This document shows positions 9,465 through 19,609 of a DNA stretch of 64,000 bases, one piece after another. How positions within the stretch are numbered: position 1 is the first letter of the stretch; each line of letters begins with the position of its first letter. A model generated the notes under the pieces. That model saw only the letters and a program-made list of their open reading frames with translations. It made no database searches and had not been told where the DNA came from. This stretch comes from Candidatus Bathyarchaeota archaeon (GTDB lineage: Archaea > Thermoproteota > Bathyarchaeia > 40CM-2-53-6 > RBG-13-38-9). The stretch lies in contig CAWECG010000004.1 in assembly GCA_963807605.1 (NCBI GenBank), positions 640,001 through 704,000 of the forward strand. The letters are read 5' to 3'. The position numbers and the translations under genes were made by a program.

Positions 9465-9591
9465 TTCGCCCTCATATAAGACGGCGCAGGGACTTGACTG
9501 CGGGTAGCGCGTGCAAACCTTCATCGGCGTCTTCCTTGGGCCTAATTGCTGTTCTGACCGCAATGCCATTTGTCTTTTGGACTGCGCGGTT

Positions 9592-9980
9592 GTGACATCC
9601 TCCCATGGTTAAAGCCGTGGGCTTCCCGCTTCAACATCTTTGCTTACCATTCCCCTTAGGGATGGCAGAGGCTCAGACTCTACGGGGGTATTCACCCACC
9701 GTCCATGGGCATAGTCGCGTTTGAAGCCTGACAGACCAATCTTCTTGATTAGTTTAGCCGAGTTCTCGTCTCTTGGAAGAGACTCACCGCAATTCGGGCA
9801 CATATGATCTCTCTCGCTCAGGTCTTTCGGCACCCATGATAGGCAGTTGTGACAGAATTGTGTAGTACCCCATGGATCGATTGGTATGAACCACTTACCG
9901 AGTAGGTTGGCTTTGAAACGGGTTTTCCGTATGAATGTTCCTGGTGAGGCATCTTGAATGCTCTTGGCTAGGCAGTGGTT
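9592..9980 (-). mobile_element. tnpB: Truncated family B TnpB element (3' end of tnpB plus right end only)
   Basis: Near-identical to 14199-~14585; RE GAAG-hairpin-TCAC|. Confidence 0.9.
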
Positions 9981-10440
9981 CTTCCCAGCGTTCTTTCAGC
10001 CCGATCAATAATAAGACGCAGAGGCTCAGGCTTCTCATTGTCTTGGAAGACCTCTGGATGATGCCTATCTAATTCTTCCAAGAGCCTCTTTGCGTAATCA
10101 AAACAAAAATCTCTAGAAGACTCTGGAAGAGCTCCTCTTCTCGTCGCCATTTAAACAGGATAGCGGTATACTCATCCTGCGAGATAGGCTGGTTTGCTCG
10201 GCGGGCCTTACGTCTCTGAGCTTCTTCCTTTTTTATCTTGGATCTGAAGAGTGCCATTAGGGCGCTGCTCTTGCCCACTCCTTGATTGCCGACCAGACCG
10301 ATAAGGCCGCCCTCCGTCACTTCCAATCTATCTGTAACTTTGAGCTGCTTCCGGCCATACGTACCAGTTGTCGACCCAAGTTGAATAGCGACTTTCCGAG
10401 GCCAGTTGACTTGCCCATGCGTAGACCTCTTCGATCGGCA
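9981..10440 (-). pseudogene. P-loop ATPase remnant
   Basis: Walker A GLVGNQGVGKS; frameshifted pieces; truncated by the TnpB fragment. Confidence 0.55.
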
Positions 10441-10647
10441 CAGACTTTACAAATTTATTATTTCCAGGCAAGGTATAGGACAGAATTACATGTCGAATAG
10501 TGGTTAATGAATTATATACATCCTCGAGCCAAAGGAATCAATGCAAGAATTAGCGCGTGCTGATACTAGATTCTTACGCGTGCATGTTGACCCTAACAGG
10601 TTAAACCTGATGCCGTCCAATATAGCCCGATCATTGGAGTAACCTGG

Positions 10648-12171
10648 TTGGTCGATTTGGAGCCTAGTGCTGATGTTCTGAAGACGACCAGGGGCTCTGT
10701 GAGCCTCATGGCTCAGAGTGCTCTTAACTCTGCTTTGGGCTTGGTCTTCTTCATTCTGCTGGCCAGATTAATTACAAAGCCCGAGATGGGCATATACACG
10801 GCTCTAATATCCACCTACGGAGTCTTAAGTGTGGTCGGGGTCTTCGGGCTGAGCGGAGCCGCGGCGCGATTTATACCTGAACTAATTGCTGAAGGATCGT
10901 CTGAGAAAGCTTCCTCCGCGGCTATAACGATCATCAAGATATCAGTAATCTCATCAATAATAGCTTCAGCCGCTTATTTTGGCCTCGCCCCTTACTTCTC
11001 TTCTATCTTTGCTAAATCAGTAATCTATACAGATCTGTTTAGACTAGCATCGATCGTGATTTTGACGCAGGCGCTCTCAACCGTTGTTGACGGCTTGATG
11101 CAAGGCGTACAGGAGTTCGGCGTGCTGGCTGTTATCCGAGTTGTGGGACAGATAGCAAGAATCTTTGTAACAGTTCTCTTATTGTTGATCGGCTACGGGC
11201 TTGTGGCTGTGTTGATCGGCTGGGCAGCATCCGGCATATCTATCTCGGTTCTCCCGATTCCCTTTCTTAGGAGGCGTCTTGGGCTAAAGCGGGATCCCTA
11301 CCCAGAGAGGGTGATTCTCGATTTTTCGATTCCACTTCTCGGCGCAAATCTGCTACTCTTCATCTCGTCTTACGCCGACGTCTTTGTGACTATGATCTCC
11401 TCCGTACCTGCCAAAGTTGGAGCTTACAATGTGTCTATTACGGCCTCGTCGATGCTTCTCAATGTGGTAATCGCATCTATGACGGCGACATTGCTTCCCG
11501 CCTTGTCCAGAGCATATGGCAAAGGCGGACAAAGAGCGGTGGAGGAGTCGCTGAGAAGAGCAAGCAGGTATGTGGCTTTGATCTATATTCCTGTTGGATT
11601 GGGGTTTGCAGCCTTGTCCCAGCCGATTATCTGGTTGATGGCGGGTAGAAGTTATCAAGAGGCCGTCTTTCCCTTGGCGATGATCTCCATCTCCTCAATA
11701 GCGTCAGGTCTGGTTGTGCCAATTACTCTTGGACTTCAAGCCTTAGGAAAGACCGCGACCGTCCTCAGAATCACAGTAGTCGCATTGATTGTTGAAATTC
11801 TGGTTGGCTTGGTGACCGTACCTGTTATTGGGATTCTAGGCGCATCTATCGCCAGATCTGTCCTTTTTGTCTCCACCTTGATCTACGGAGTTTTCGCAGC
11901 TAGGACATTCATGCGCATAAGCTTCGATCGGGAGGCTGTTTGGAAGAGTGGGTTGGCAGGAGGCGTTATGGCTATCGCTGTTGCTGAACTGCAGGCTTTC
12001 CATACTTCAGTAGTGCTTCTGCCTGTATACGTGGCTGCTGGTGTCTTTACATATCTTTTAGCGCTGAAGGTGTTGAGAGGGTTGAGCGGTGCAGACATCC
12101 TAGTCATCGAGGGAACCTTACCTGAAAGCCTAAGATGGACGATGAAGCCAATCCAAAGATTATTCGATTGA
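10648..12171 (+). CDS. Oligosaccharide flippase (Wzx/MOP superfamily)
   Basis: About 14 TMs, ARL...MGIY...RFIPE and VGAYNVS...LLPALSR patterns. Confidence 0.9.
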   Translation: MVDLEPSADVLKTTRGSVSLMAQSALNSALGLVFFILLARLITKPEMGIYTALISTYGVLSVVGVFGLSGAAARFIPELIAEGSSEKASSAAITIIKISVISSIIASAAYFGLAPYFSSIFAKSVIYTDLFRLASIVILTQALSTVVDGLMQGVQEFGVLAVIRVVGQIARIFVTVLLLLIGYGLVAVLIGWAASGISISVLPIPFLRRRLGLKRDPYPERVILDFSIPLLGANLLLFISSYADVFVTMISSVPAKVGAYNVSITASSMLLNVVIASMTATLLPALSRAYGKGGQRAVEESLRRASRYVALIYIPVGLGFAALSQPIIWLMAGRSYQEAVFPLAMISISSIASGLVVPITLGLQALGKTATVLRITVVALIVEILVGLVTVPVIGILGASIARSVLFVSTLIYGVFAARTFMRISFDREAVWKSGLAGGVMAIAVAELQAFHTSVVLLPVYVAAGVFTYLLALKVLRGLSGADILVIEGTLPESLRWTMKPIQRLFD

Positions 12172-12194
12172 CAATCAAGAGATCATTTTCAAAA

Positions 12195-13076
12195 ATGCGC
12201 CATCTCTTCAAAGTACTATTACTGGGGCTTCTTGCATTATCAGGGGCCCTCTTGGTCTATTCTTTCTCGGATTTATCGAAACATCAACCTCTCCAAACTC
12301 CGTTTTCAACAACTGCTAATCTCACTTCCCTGCAAACCGAGGCTTACTCAACTTCAACCTTTACTTATTTCACAAATTCTAATCCTGTTCCAGTTTATAC
12401 GTACAGAGTGGTCAACGTCTATCCTCATGACCCAAACGCCTTCACAGAAGGCTTGGTTTACGAGAACGGCTTTATGTATGAAGGAACTGGGCTTAATGGA
12501 CGCTCCTCTCTGCGCAGAGTGGAATTGGAGACAGGAAAGATTCTGCAGATTCGTACGTTGCCAGACCAATTTTTCGGCGAGGGCGTAACCATTTATGGAA
12601 ACAAGATCATCCAGTTGACATGGAAATCCCATGTCGGCTTTGTCTACGATAAAGATAGCTTTGAGTTGCTACAGAATTTCAACTATCCATTTGAGGGCTG
12701 GGGCATTACACATGATGAAAGGCGTTTGATCGTAAGCGACGGTACATCGACACTTCATTTCCTGGATCCTCTAAGCTTTGAGGAGATAGGTCAGGTTAAA
12801 GTATCTGACAATGCTGGGCCTGTGACCAACCTCAACGAACTGGAATACATCAAAGGGGAGATATACGCCAATGTCTGGCAAACCAACTTGATCGCTAGAA
12901 TTAATCCTCAGACAGGTCAAGTGACTGGATGGATAAATCTTCAAGGACTTTTAGGAGCGTCCAGTCAACCTGTCGCTGAACTCAACGGTATCGCTTATGA
13001 CGCTGAGGGTGATCGGTTGTTTGTAACCGGAAAGTTGTGGCCTAGCATATACGAGATCAAACTGGTCAACAATTAG
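12195..13076 (+). CDS. Glutaminyl-peptide cyclotransferase (beta-propeller, plant/bacterial type), secreted or anchored
   Basis: YPHDPNAFTEGL, FFGEG, QLTW, EGWG, LNELE, LNGIAYD, VTGKLW; N-terminal hydrophobic signal. Confidence 0.92.
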   Translation: MRHLFKVLLLGLLALSGALLVYSFSDLSKHQPLQTPFSTTANLTSLQTEAYSTSTFTYFTNSNPVPVYTYRVVNVYPHDPNAFTEGLVYENGFMYEGTGLNGRSSLRRVELETGKILQIRTLPDQFFGEGVTIYGNKIIQLTWKSHVGFVYDKDSFELLQNFNYPFEGWGITHDERRLIVSDGTSTLHFLDPLSFEEIGQVKVSDNAGPVTNLNELEYIKGEIYANVWQTNLIARINPQTGQVTGWINLQGLLGASSQPVAELNGIAYDAEGDRLFVTGKLWPSIYEIKLVNN

Positions 13077-13239
13077 ACTGAAGCAGCATCGTAGGCTTAT
13101 GTGTGCTACTTAAGTCGTCAATTGTGGGATTGGGCGGGATCCGTCTAGCCACGCGCGCTTTAAGCTCTTGTGACGTTGTTTTCGGTGTCCTTGGCAATAG
13201 AGGTATTGAATCGGTTAGGAGACTCATCGATCAGGTACA

Positions 13240-13800
13240 TTAAGCCCGTCTTTGTTTTGCTTTTCTTTGAAGAGCCTTTAGCAAGGGAAGAACGTCGGCC
13301 CTTTCAGCAATAGCATATAGGTAATGACTGTCCAATTTCAACTTGCTATTCTCAAGTACGCTGAGGACGTCGACTTCATCTTGACTTCTTCTGTCTCTTC
13401 TTGCGAGCTTGTTGATTATGAAGTCTTCAGGTCCGATTATCCAGAACTTGGATTCTGCTATGTTGACTTTTTGTCTTCTTCGAAGGCACTCTGCATCCAA
13501 GGTTATCCCGTCGGGTTTGATCCAGACCTTTACCTCCGTTGCAGTCTTTATGTTTGTTAGAATGAAGCAGGGTGTTCCCTCCGTGAAGGAGGATACTTGA
13601 AAACCAGCGTTTTCGAGTTCTTTCTTGAGTTGCATCGGATCCTGTGATTTCATAGCTATAGCTATGTCGATGTCGACGGTTGCTCTGATTAGGCCATATG
13701 CGGGTAGCGCATATCCGCCAATCAGCATATAGTCTACGTGTGACCTGTCAAGTGCTTGTGCTAGGTTCTGCAGAGTTTCTGATATTGAGGGCAATCTCAT
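13240..13800 (-). CDS. Nucleotidyltransferase-family protein (DUF6036/AbiEii-like)
   Basis: YMLIGGYA...RATVDID...PEDFIINKL...QDEVD. Confidence 0.8.
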   Translation of the reverse strand: MRLPSISETLQNLAQALDRSHVDYMLIGGYALPAYGLIRATVDIDIAIAMKSQDPMQLKKELENAGFQVSSFTEGTPCFILTNIKTATEVKVWIKPDGITLDAECLRRRQKVNIAESKFWIIGPEDFIINKLARRDRRSQDEVDVLSVLENSKLKLDSHYLYAIAERADVLPLLKALQRKAKQRRA

Positions 13801-14152
13801 TCATCTCGATAAACCTCTCGTAAGGGTCGATGCCGGAGTCGATAATCTTGTTCCTTAATCTTAGTTGTTCTAGCGCAGTACGTATGTCGTTGTCGTTCAT
13901 CTTGATCATCATGTCGTTGATCGCATGCAAGTTTTCAAGCATCATGACTCCTAGAGGGGAGAGCGTAGCGATCTTCTTTGGTCTGCCTCGGCCATTTGGA
14001 CATTGTGTCAACTCCAATGATCCGGCTCTCTCCAGTTCTTTTATTAGGCGCATTTTGCTTGTGTGGCTGCCGCCTAGGATGCTAAGAATCTCGCGTACGC
14101 CAAGTTGCTTCTTGGAGCAGAGTTCTAGCAGTTGCATCTCCGAACTGAACAT
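13748..14152 (-). CDS. Winged-HTH protein, probable partner/regulator of the NTase
   Basis: LIKELERAG...GRGRPKK wing; overlaps the NTase gene. Confidence 0.7.
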   Translation of the reverse strand: MFSSEMQLLELCSKKQLGVREILSILGGSHTSKMRLIKELERAGSLELTQCPNGRGRPKKIATLSPLGVMMLENLHAINDMMIKMNDNDIRTALEQLRLRNKIIDSGIDPYERFIEMNEIALNIRNSAEPSTST

Positions 14153-14170
14153 CTATGGCGCGCGCCCACT

Positions 14171-14195
14171 TTTTGTTCCTAAAACGGGAACAAAA
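14171..14195. promoter_or_regulatory. Inverted-repeat operator upstream of the wHTH-NTase operon
   Basis: TTTTGTTCC-N7-GGAACAAAA. Confidence 0.65.
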
Positions 14196-14198
14196 CAT

Positions 14199-15523
14199 GT
14201 GACATCCTCCCACGGCTAAAGTCGTGGGCTTCCCGCTTCAACATCTTTGCTTACCATTCCCCTTAGGGATGGCAGAGGCTTAGACTCTACGGGCGTGTTC
14301 ACCCACCGTCCGTGGGCATAGTCGGGTTTGAAGCCTGACAGACCAATCTTCTTGATTAGTTTAGCTGAATTCTCGTCTCTTGGAAGAGACTCACCGCAAT
14401 TCGGGCATATATGATCTCTCTCGCTCAGGTCTTTCGGCACCCATGATAGGCAGTTGTGGCAGAATTGTGTGGTACCCCATGGGTCGACCGGCATGAACCA
14501 TTTGCCGAGCAGGTTGGCTTTGAAACTGGTTTTCCGTATGAATGTTCCTGGTGAGGCGTCTTGAATGCTTTTGGCTAGGCGGTGGTTTCTCATCATGTTG
14601 ATTACAGACAGTTTCTCCAAGAATAGGACATCGCTGGTTTTGTACAGTGTTGCTAGTGTCTTGTTTTGCTGGTCGTCTCTCTGACATGCTACATGATGGT
14701 GTTGCCTTGCAAGTCTCAAAGCCAATTTTCTCCTATTTCCTGAGCCCTTCTTTGCTCTTGACATTACTCGCTGCAGCCTCTTGATCTTCTCCTCAGACTT
14801 TCTCAGAAACTTCGGTGGCTCCATCGTGATTCCATCTGAGAGTGTCAGGAACTTAATCAGCCCTATGTCTCCACCTTTGATCCGCTCATCTGGAATCTTC
14901 TCGATGGGGGTCTTCTTTTTATCTGGAATTTTGCAGGCGAATATCACATACCATTGTCCAGCATTGTACTTTACAGTCAAAGTTTTGACTTGACCTTCCA
15001 CCGGTCTATGCATGAAGAGTCGGACATTCCCTATCCCCGAAAGGTACAGCTTATTGTTGCACAACTTGAAGCCTGATTGTGGATAGGTGAAGGAGAGATA
15101 CTTCTTTGAATGTTTATTTTTGGGGAATCTTGCTCTACCCTCAAAGTAGTTCTTGAATGATTCTCGCAAGCCTTGTAGCAACGCTCTGGACGACTTGGCT
15201 ATGTATTCCATGAAGATTCTCGTCTTCTCGTCTAAACTCTAGCGCCTTCAGCCTCAAGTCGGTTCTGCTCAAGCTGACATGCTCCTGTTTCCAAGTACCA
15301 ATCTTCAGATCCCTAAGTTTATTGTATAGCTCACACAATGCGGATAGGTGGCTTTTCATCAGCCTTCCCTGCCCCGCCCTGGGGTAGATACGGTACTTGT
15401 AGGCTAGAAGCATCTCAGCACCTAACAAATATATGTCGGCCCAGAAACTTAAGCATCTAGCACCTCACTCTGGAACGCAATTCATACCACGGTTAAAGCC
15501 GTGGGTTTTCTTGCGAATCTTCT
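14199..15523 (-). mobile_element. IS200/IS605-family tnpB-only element, family B (complete ends)
   Basis: LE TTAT| + 14 nt + AAAA + hairpin CCCACGGCTTTAACCGTGG; RE GAAG + hairpin + TCAC|. Confidence 0.92.
14216..15413 (-). pseudogene. tnpB: TnpB (IS605 OrfB type) with a single +1 frameshift near 15161
   Basis: MLLAYKYRIYP N-terminus; removing one A restores LARSFKNYF; GGDIG, FLEKL, CHNC..CPNC, RDENSA. Confidence 0.88.
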
Positions 15524-15556
15524 ATAAGGCGCGGATGAGGGATAAGTGAGAACGTT

Positions 15557-16129
15557 ATGGATTTCTTTGAGACTATTCGGAAGAGAAAGTCCGTAAGATC
15601 TTATTTGCAGACACCAATCTCGAAGCATATGCTTGTCAAGATCTTGGATGCGGCGAGGGTAGCTCCTTCGGCGAGTAACAAGCAGCCCTGGCACTTTATC
15701 ATCGTAGAGGAGAAGGCTAAACGTGTTCAAATTGCCCAGGGTTGTGGTTACGGGAAGTTTCTGGCTGAATCGCCTGTAATTATTGTGGGTTGCGGAGATA
15801 AGAGAGCCTCACCAGACTGGTATGTTGTGGACACAACAATAGCTCTGGAGCATATTGTCTTGGCAGCTGCAGCTTTAGACCTTGGAACATGTTGGATCGG
15901 AAGCTTTGATGAAGAAGAAGTTCGGGAGATGTTGAGGATTCCTGAAAGGTTTGAGGTTATTGCTTTGATAGCACTGGGATATCCGCGCAAGACATTCGAT
16001 CTGCTTGCTAAGATTGTCCATCTTCTGAGACCCAGGAGGAAACTTGAAGACATCATCTCCCTGGAAATCTATGGCGAACAAATGAGGCGGCACACAGTCT
16101 CAGTTTCGGATGCACCCACACAAGTGTAG
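15557..16129 (+). CDS. Nitroreductase-family protein
   Basis: RKSVRSY, APSASNKQPW, LGTCWIG. Confidence 0.92.
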   Translation: MDFFETIRKRKSVRSYLQTPISKHMLVKILDAARVAPSASNKQPWHFIIVEEKAKRVQIAQGCGYGKFLAESPVIIVGCGDKRASPDWYVVDTTIALEHIVLAAAALDLGTCWIGSFDEEEVREMLRIPERFEVIALIALGYPRKTFDLLAKIVHLLRPRRKLEDIISLEIYGEQMRRHTVSVSDAPTQV

Positions 16130-16431
16130 TTTCGTGCAAGCGCACGCTAAATGTAAGATTGGCGATTCAAAGATCCTGTAGAAGAATACGCAATTTGCCG
16201 AAACGATTCACAGCTAAAGAGTCTGCGTCAAGGATACGCCTGCAAAGTCAGTTATTGTGACGCCTTGCCTAGCACTAGCAGGACTAATCGCAACCATATC
16301 AAGTGTTGCAGTTGTTACTTGCGCAGCATACTCCTATAGCCTGCGCTTGCCTGACATGCTGAGTAAAATGTTTCTTTGGTGATGGCGCTCAGGGCATACG
16401 AATTGATTGTGCTCAACTGTGGCGTACTAAT

Positions 16432-17175
16432 CTACGAATGATCCCATTTTACTGTGAAGCTTGTGCCACCAGTAAGTCCTGATGGCTGGGCCTTGATAGT
16501 TCCGGTGGATGTTGTCATGGTTAGTGCATCATATTTCCATGCAGCATCGTTTATGTTGCCGGTGTGTCCGTTCAGAGTTGCTTGAGCGTTTTTGAAAGTA
16601 ACAGTTCCAAAGTCTGCTAGTGGTAGAACTCCACCTGAGGAGGGTGCCTCTGCGATCCATTCAGCAGACGTTCTCTTAGCATTTGGCAGTGTCTGAGTTG
16701 TCGAGAAAGTTGTTTTGGCTGTGACATCGTTGATTGTCAACACGAAGCTACTCGGAGCCGAATATTTGACTTCCGCAGTGATTGAATCTCCTGGATGAAT
16801 TGTCATCTTTATTGTTGCAGAAGATTTAGGATACATTTCATACCAGGCATAGTATGTTGGTGTGCCTGAAGGGGAGTCAGAATCTGTTCCTATCTGCTCA
16901 ACAGTATTGGAGGAGTAGCCGTCTATCCCGATCCAAAAAGATGAATATCCGTTTGGCTTGGCTGAGACTGACGGGACTGTCCAGGTGCCTTTCACATCTG
17001 TTACTGCTCCAGTCTGAGGTTTGCTAAGACTTGTTTCAACTGCATAACCTGACCAGTTCAGGCTTGTTCCGTCTTTTATGTGAATCCTTGGAGCATGGTC
17101 TAAAAGCGGTCCTGAAGACGCTAAAGATGGAGTAAGCAAAATGGCCAGTATCAATAAGGCATAAACAGACTTCAT
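16432..17175 (-). CDS. Secreted G1 glutamic peptidase (eqolisin/peptidase A4 family)
   Basis: Signal peptide from ATG 17175; SLNWSGY, WIGIDG, EQIGT, AWYEMYP, SAEWIAEAP. Confidence 0.92.
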   Translation of the reverse strand: MKSVYALLILAILLTPSLASSGPLLDHAPRIHIKDGTSLNWSGYAVETSLSKPQTGAVTDVKGTWTVPSVSAKPNGYSSFWIGIDGYSSNTVEQIGTDSDSPSGTPTYYAWYEMYPKSSATIKMTIHPGDSITAEVKYSAPSSFVLTINDVTAKTTFSTTQTLPNAKRTSAEWIAEAPSSGGVLPLADFGTVTFKNAQATLNGHTGNINDAAWKYDALTMTTSTGTIKAQPSGLTGGTSFTVKWDHS

Positions 17176-17229
17176 AACTAGGAATTCCGCCACTGAACAC
17201 TTAAAATTATCGCAGACGCGCTTTCTAGG

Positions 17230-17825
17230 CGCGAGCTTCGGGATATCTATCAGCCACAAAACCATCCACAAGATCCTTGTCAAAGCGGGGTTGAACAACT
17301 CCACCTCCAAACCCAGAAGAGTCTGGGGCAGGACCTGGTTCGAGCGGCCGTACAGCAACAACCTATGGCAAACCGACTTTAAGCTCACATGGGCTGATGA
17401 GTGGGGGGGTCAGTTATCTGGACGATCTAGCCGTTTCGTTACAGGCTCAAGAATCCATCATGATCCAACAGCTAAACACGCCATCAAACTCTTGAAGAAA
17501 TCCATGAAACAGTGCGGGAAGCCAAAGATCTGACCGATCGAGGAATACAATTCTATCCAGGAAGAGGGGAAGGGCCCTCAACATTCACAGAGTTCTGCAT
17601 GGGAAACGGTATACAACACATCGTTGCGAGCGTAAGAAGACCATCAATAATAGGTAAGATAGAAGTCCACAAAGCTTACAAATACGAAGCCTCGATGTTC
17701 CCAAACCAATAATTCGTGAACTACTGGTACTACTAGCGACCACACCAAGGAGTAAGCTATCTATACCCCGCAGACGTATAATTCAGAGACCTAAGGAAAG
17801 GGACAAATGAGAGTAGCTAAGACAG
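17230..17825 (+). mobile_element. Degraded IS481-like DDE transposase remnant
   Basis: FERPYSNNLWQTDFK, LTDRGIQF, GKIE, RPHQG motifs split over frames with stops. Confidence 0.8.
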
Positions 17826-17848
17826 TGGCATGATAAGGAGAGTTAGAC

Positions 17849-18514
17849 TTGAGTAGGATGACATGGTTGAGGATGGTATGCGCCTTTGTCATAGTCCTGC
17901 TTATTTTCTTCTCAATCATAGCGTCGGCGACAGCCCAAGGCAAGCCAATTAACGTGGGTTTGGCTGCTGGCCTACCTCTGCCGATTGGGCAAACCTCCAC
18001 CGTCACCGTCTCGGTTCAGGACATCTCGAACAGCTCGGTACAGATTATGTTCGTTGGACTTCGTTTTGACTGGAATAAACCAGGCGATTTCTACGTCGGC
18101 GATAGTAGTGACAAAGGGGCAATGTTGGCTGCTACTGAACAAGTGACATACAAAATACGGGTGGCGGTTCCTGACAATGCTTCGGCTGGAACTTACAAGC
18201 TTACTACATATGTCAGGTATCGTCTATCAGTAAGAGGGAATTGGACAAGTGCGATTGGAGCGAATTGGGTGTCAGATGTTCCGCTTGACTATCCTAAGAC
18301 TCAAAGCCAACAAACCAGCATTCAAAGCCAAGCTCAAAGTCAGAGCACTTCGGAGCAAGGAGGAACACAGCAAACATATAACCTGTCAACTTACGGGATC
18401 GCAGCTATCGTAGCACTGGTCATAATCGTCGGAATCGCTCTATCTATTGGTCGTGTCAGGCGTCTTGAAGGAAAGCGGAAACGGGTTCCAAGCTCGGATT
18501 TGAGAAACTCCTAA
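17849..18514 (+). CDS. Cell-surface protein (signal peptide, Ig-like domain, Q/S linker, C-terminal TM anchor)
   Basis: Hydrophobic N- and C-termini; VPDNASAGTYKL beta-sandwich pattern. Confidence 0.75.
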   Translation: MSRMTWLRMVCAFVIVLLIFFSIIASATAQGKPINVGLAAGLPLPIGQTSTVTVSVQDISNSSVQIMFVGLRFDWNKPGDFYVGDSSDKGAMLAATEQVTYKIRVAVPDNASAGTYKLTTYVRYRLSVRGNWTSAIGANWVSDVPLDYPKTQSQQTSIQSQAQSQSTSEQGGTQQTYNLSTYGIAAIVALVIIVGIALSIGRVRRLEGKRKRVPSSDLRNS

Positions 18515-18775
18515 TGTTGGTGGACATAGGAAATCGGTCCAGGTAGTGCGGTGGAATCTCACCCCCTGCTTAGATCATCTCGTCTTGGATAAGGAGCGAC
18601 GTGACAACATGAAGCTGGGCGGAAATGTCTTTGAGAATGTGGGAGACCCAGGAACTGAATCGACCTACGTCTGAATCTCCTGACCAAGGAATAGTTCACG
18701 AAACGTTGGGTTCGTAGGTGGACTGCACGTGGACACTAGAGTGGTATTGGCTGACCAGGCGAGGTCGTAACGCCA

Positions 18776-19540
18776 GTGTGGGGTCGATCGGAGACTGAAC
18801 GGTACGATAGACTTCACGAACTTTGGCAGATAGACCGCTACCGAGATTTCAGTCCGTTCTATTCGGCTCGTAAACGGATTATTGAAAGGCTTATAGCCGA
18901 GAATACGACGCGTGGGATTTTCGTTCTGGATGTCGGCTGTGGGACAGGGAATATCGTGCGCTTCTTGGGTTCGCGAGCTGACTTCTACTTGGGAATCGAT
19001 GTGTCAAGGCGCGCGTTGAAGGAGGCATCAAAGAAATTCAGGGGCGCCTCTTTTTTGCTCGCGGCGGCGAATGCCCTACCAATCAAAGAGGAGAGATTTG
19101 ACTTGGCAGTTTGCACCGAGGTTCTCGAGCATTTGGAAGCTGATGCTCAGGCGGTGAACGAGATATTGAGGGTTCTCAGAAAAGATGGTTTGGCGCTTCT
19201 AACGGTTCCTCAGAACCCGAAGTATTGGACAGATGAGGATGCATTCGATCATCATCTGCGCAGATATGAAGCATCTGATTTTGCACGCATGCTTCAGAGT
19301 CAGGATTTGAAGATTGAGAAGTTTTTAAGTTGGGGATTTCCGCTCGCCTACCTGTTCCGTAAGTACGTATCAACGAGGCTATTCAATGCTGGACTCCATG
19401 AGTCCTTGTCGATGAGGAAAGAATGGGCTGTGAGGGTAATGACTAAGGTTCTGGCCCAGATGTTTCGTTTCGACAATCTCTTCAACGACCTCAGCTTGGG
19501 TTTAGGGATTGTCGCTGTTGCAAGAAAAGTTGCCTCCTGA
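18776..19540 (+). CDS. Class I SAM-dependent methyltransferase
   Basis: VLDVGCGTG, FDLAVCTEVLEH, HHLRRY. Confidence 0.9.
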   Translation: MWGRSETERYDRLHELWQIDRYRDFSPFYSARKRIIERLIAENTTRGIFVLDVGCGTGNIVRFLGSRADFYLGIDVSRRALKEASKKFRGASFLLAAANALPIKEERFDLAVCTEVLEHLEADAQAVNEILRVLRKDGLALLTVPQNPKYWTDEDAFDHHLRRYEASDFARMLQSQDLKIEKFLSWGFPLAYLFRKYVSTRLFNAGLHESLSMRKEWAVRVMTKVLAQMFRFDNLFNDLSLGLGIVAVARKVAS

Positions 19541-19609
19541 CGAATCGTCTGGTAGCAAATGCACTTGTGACAGTAGGTCAAACGTTTTCAGCGCTTCTTA
19601 GTGTCGGAA

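Noticed and set aside
17176-17388. N-terminal extension of the G1 peptidase ORF
   Set aside because: It is the antisense of the IS481 remnant; the signal peptide starts at ATG 17175.
18515-18775. Possible structured RNA or riboswitch in an intergenic gap
   Set aside because: Only short stems and no recognisable family motif.
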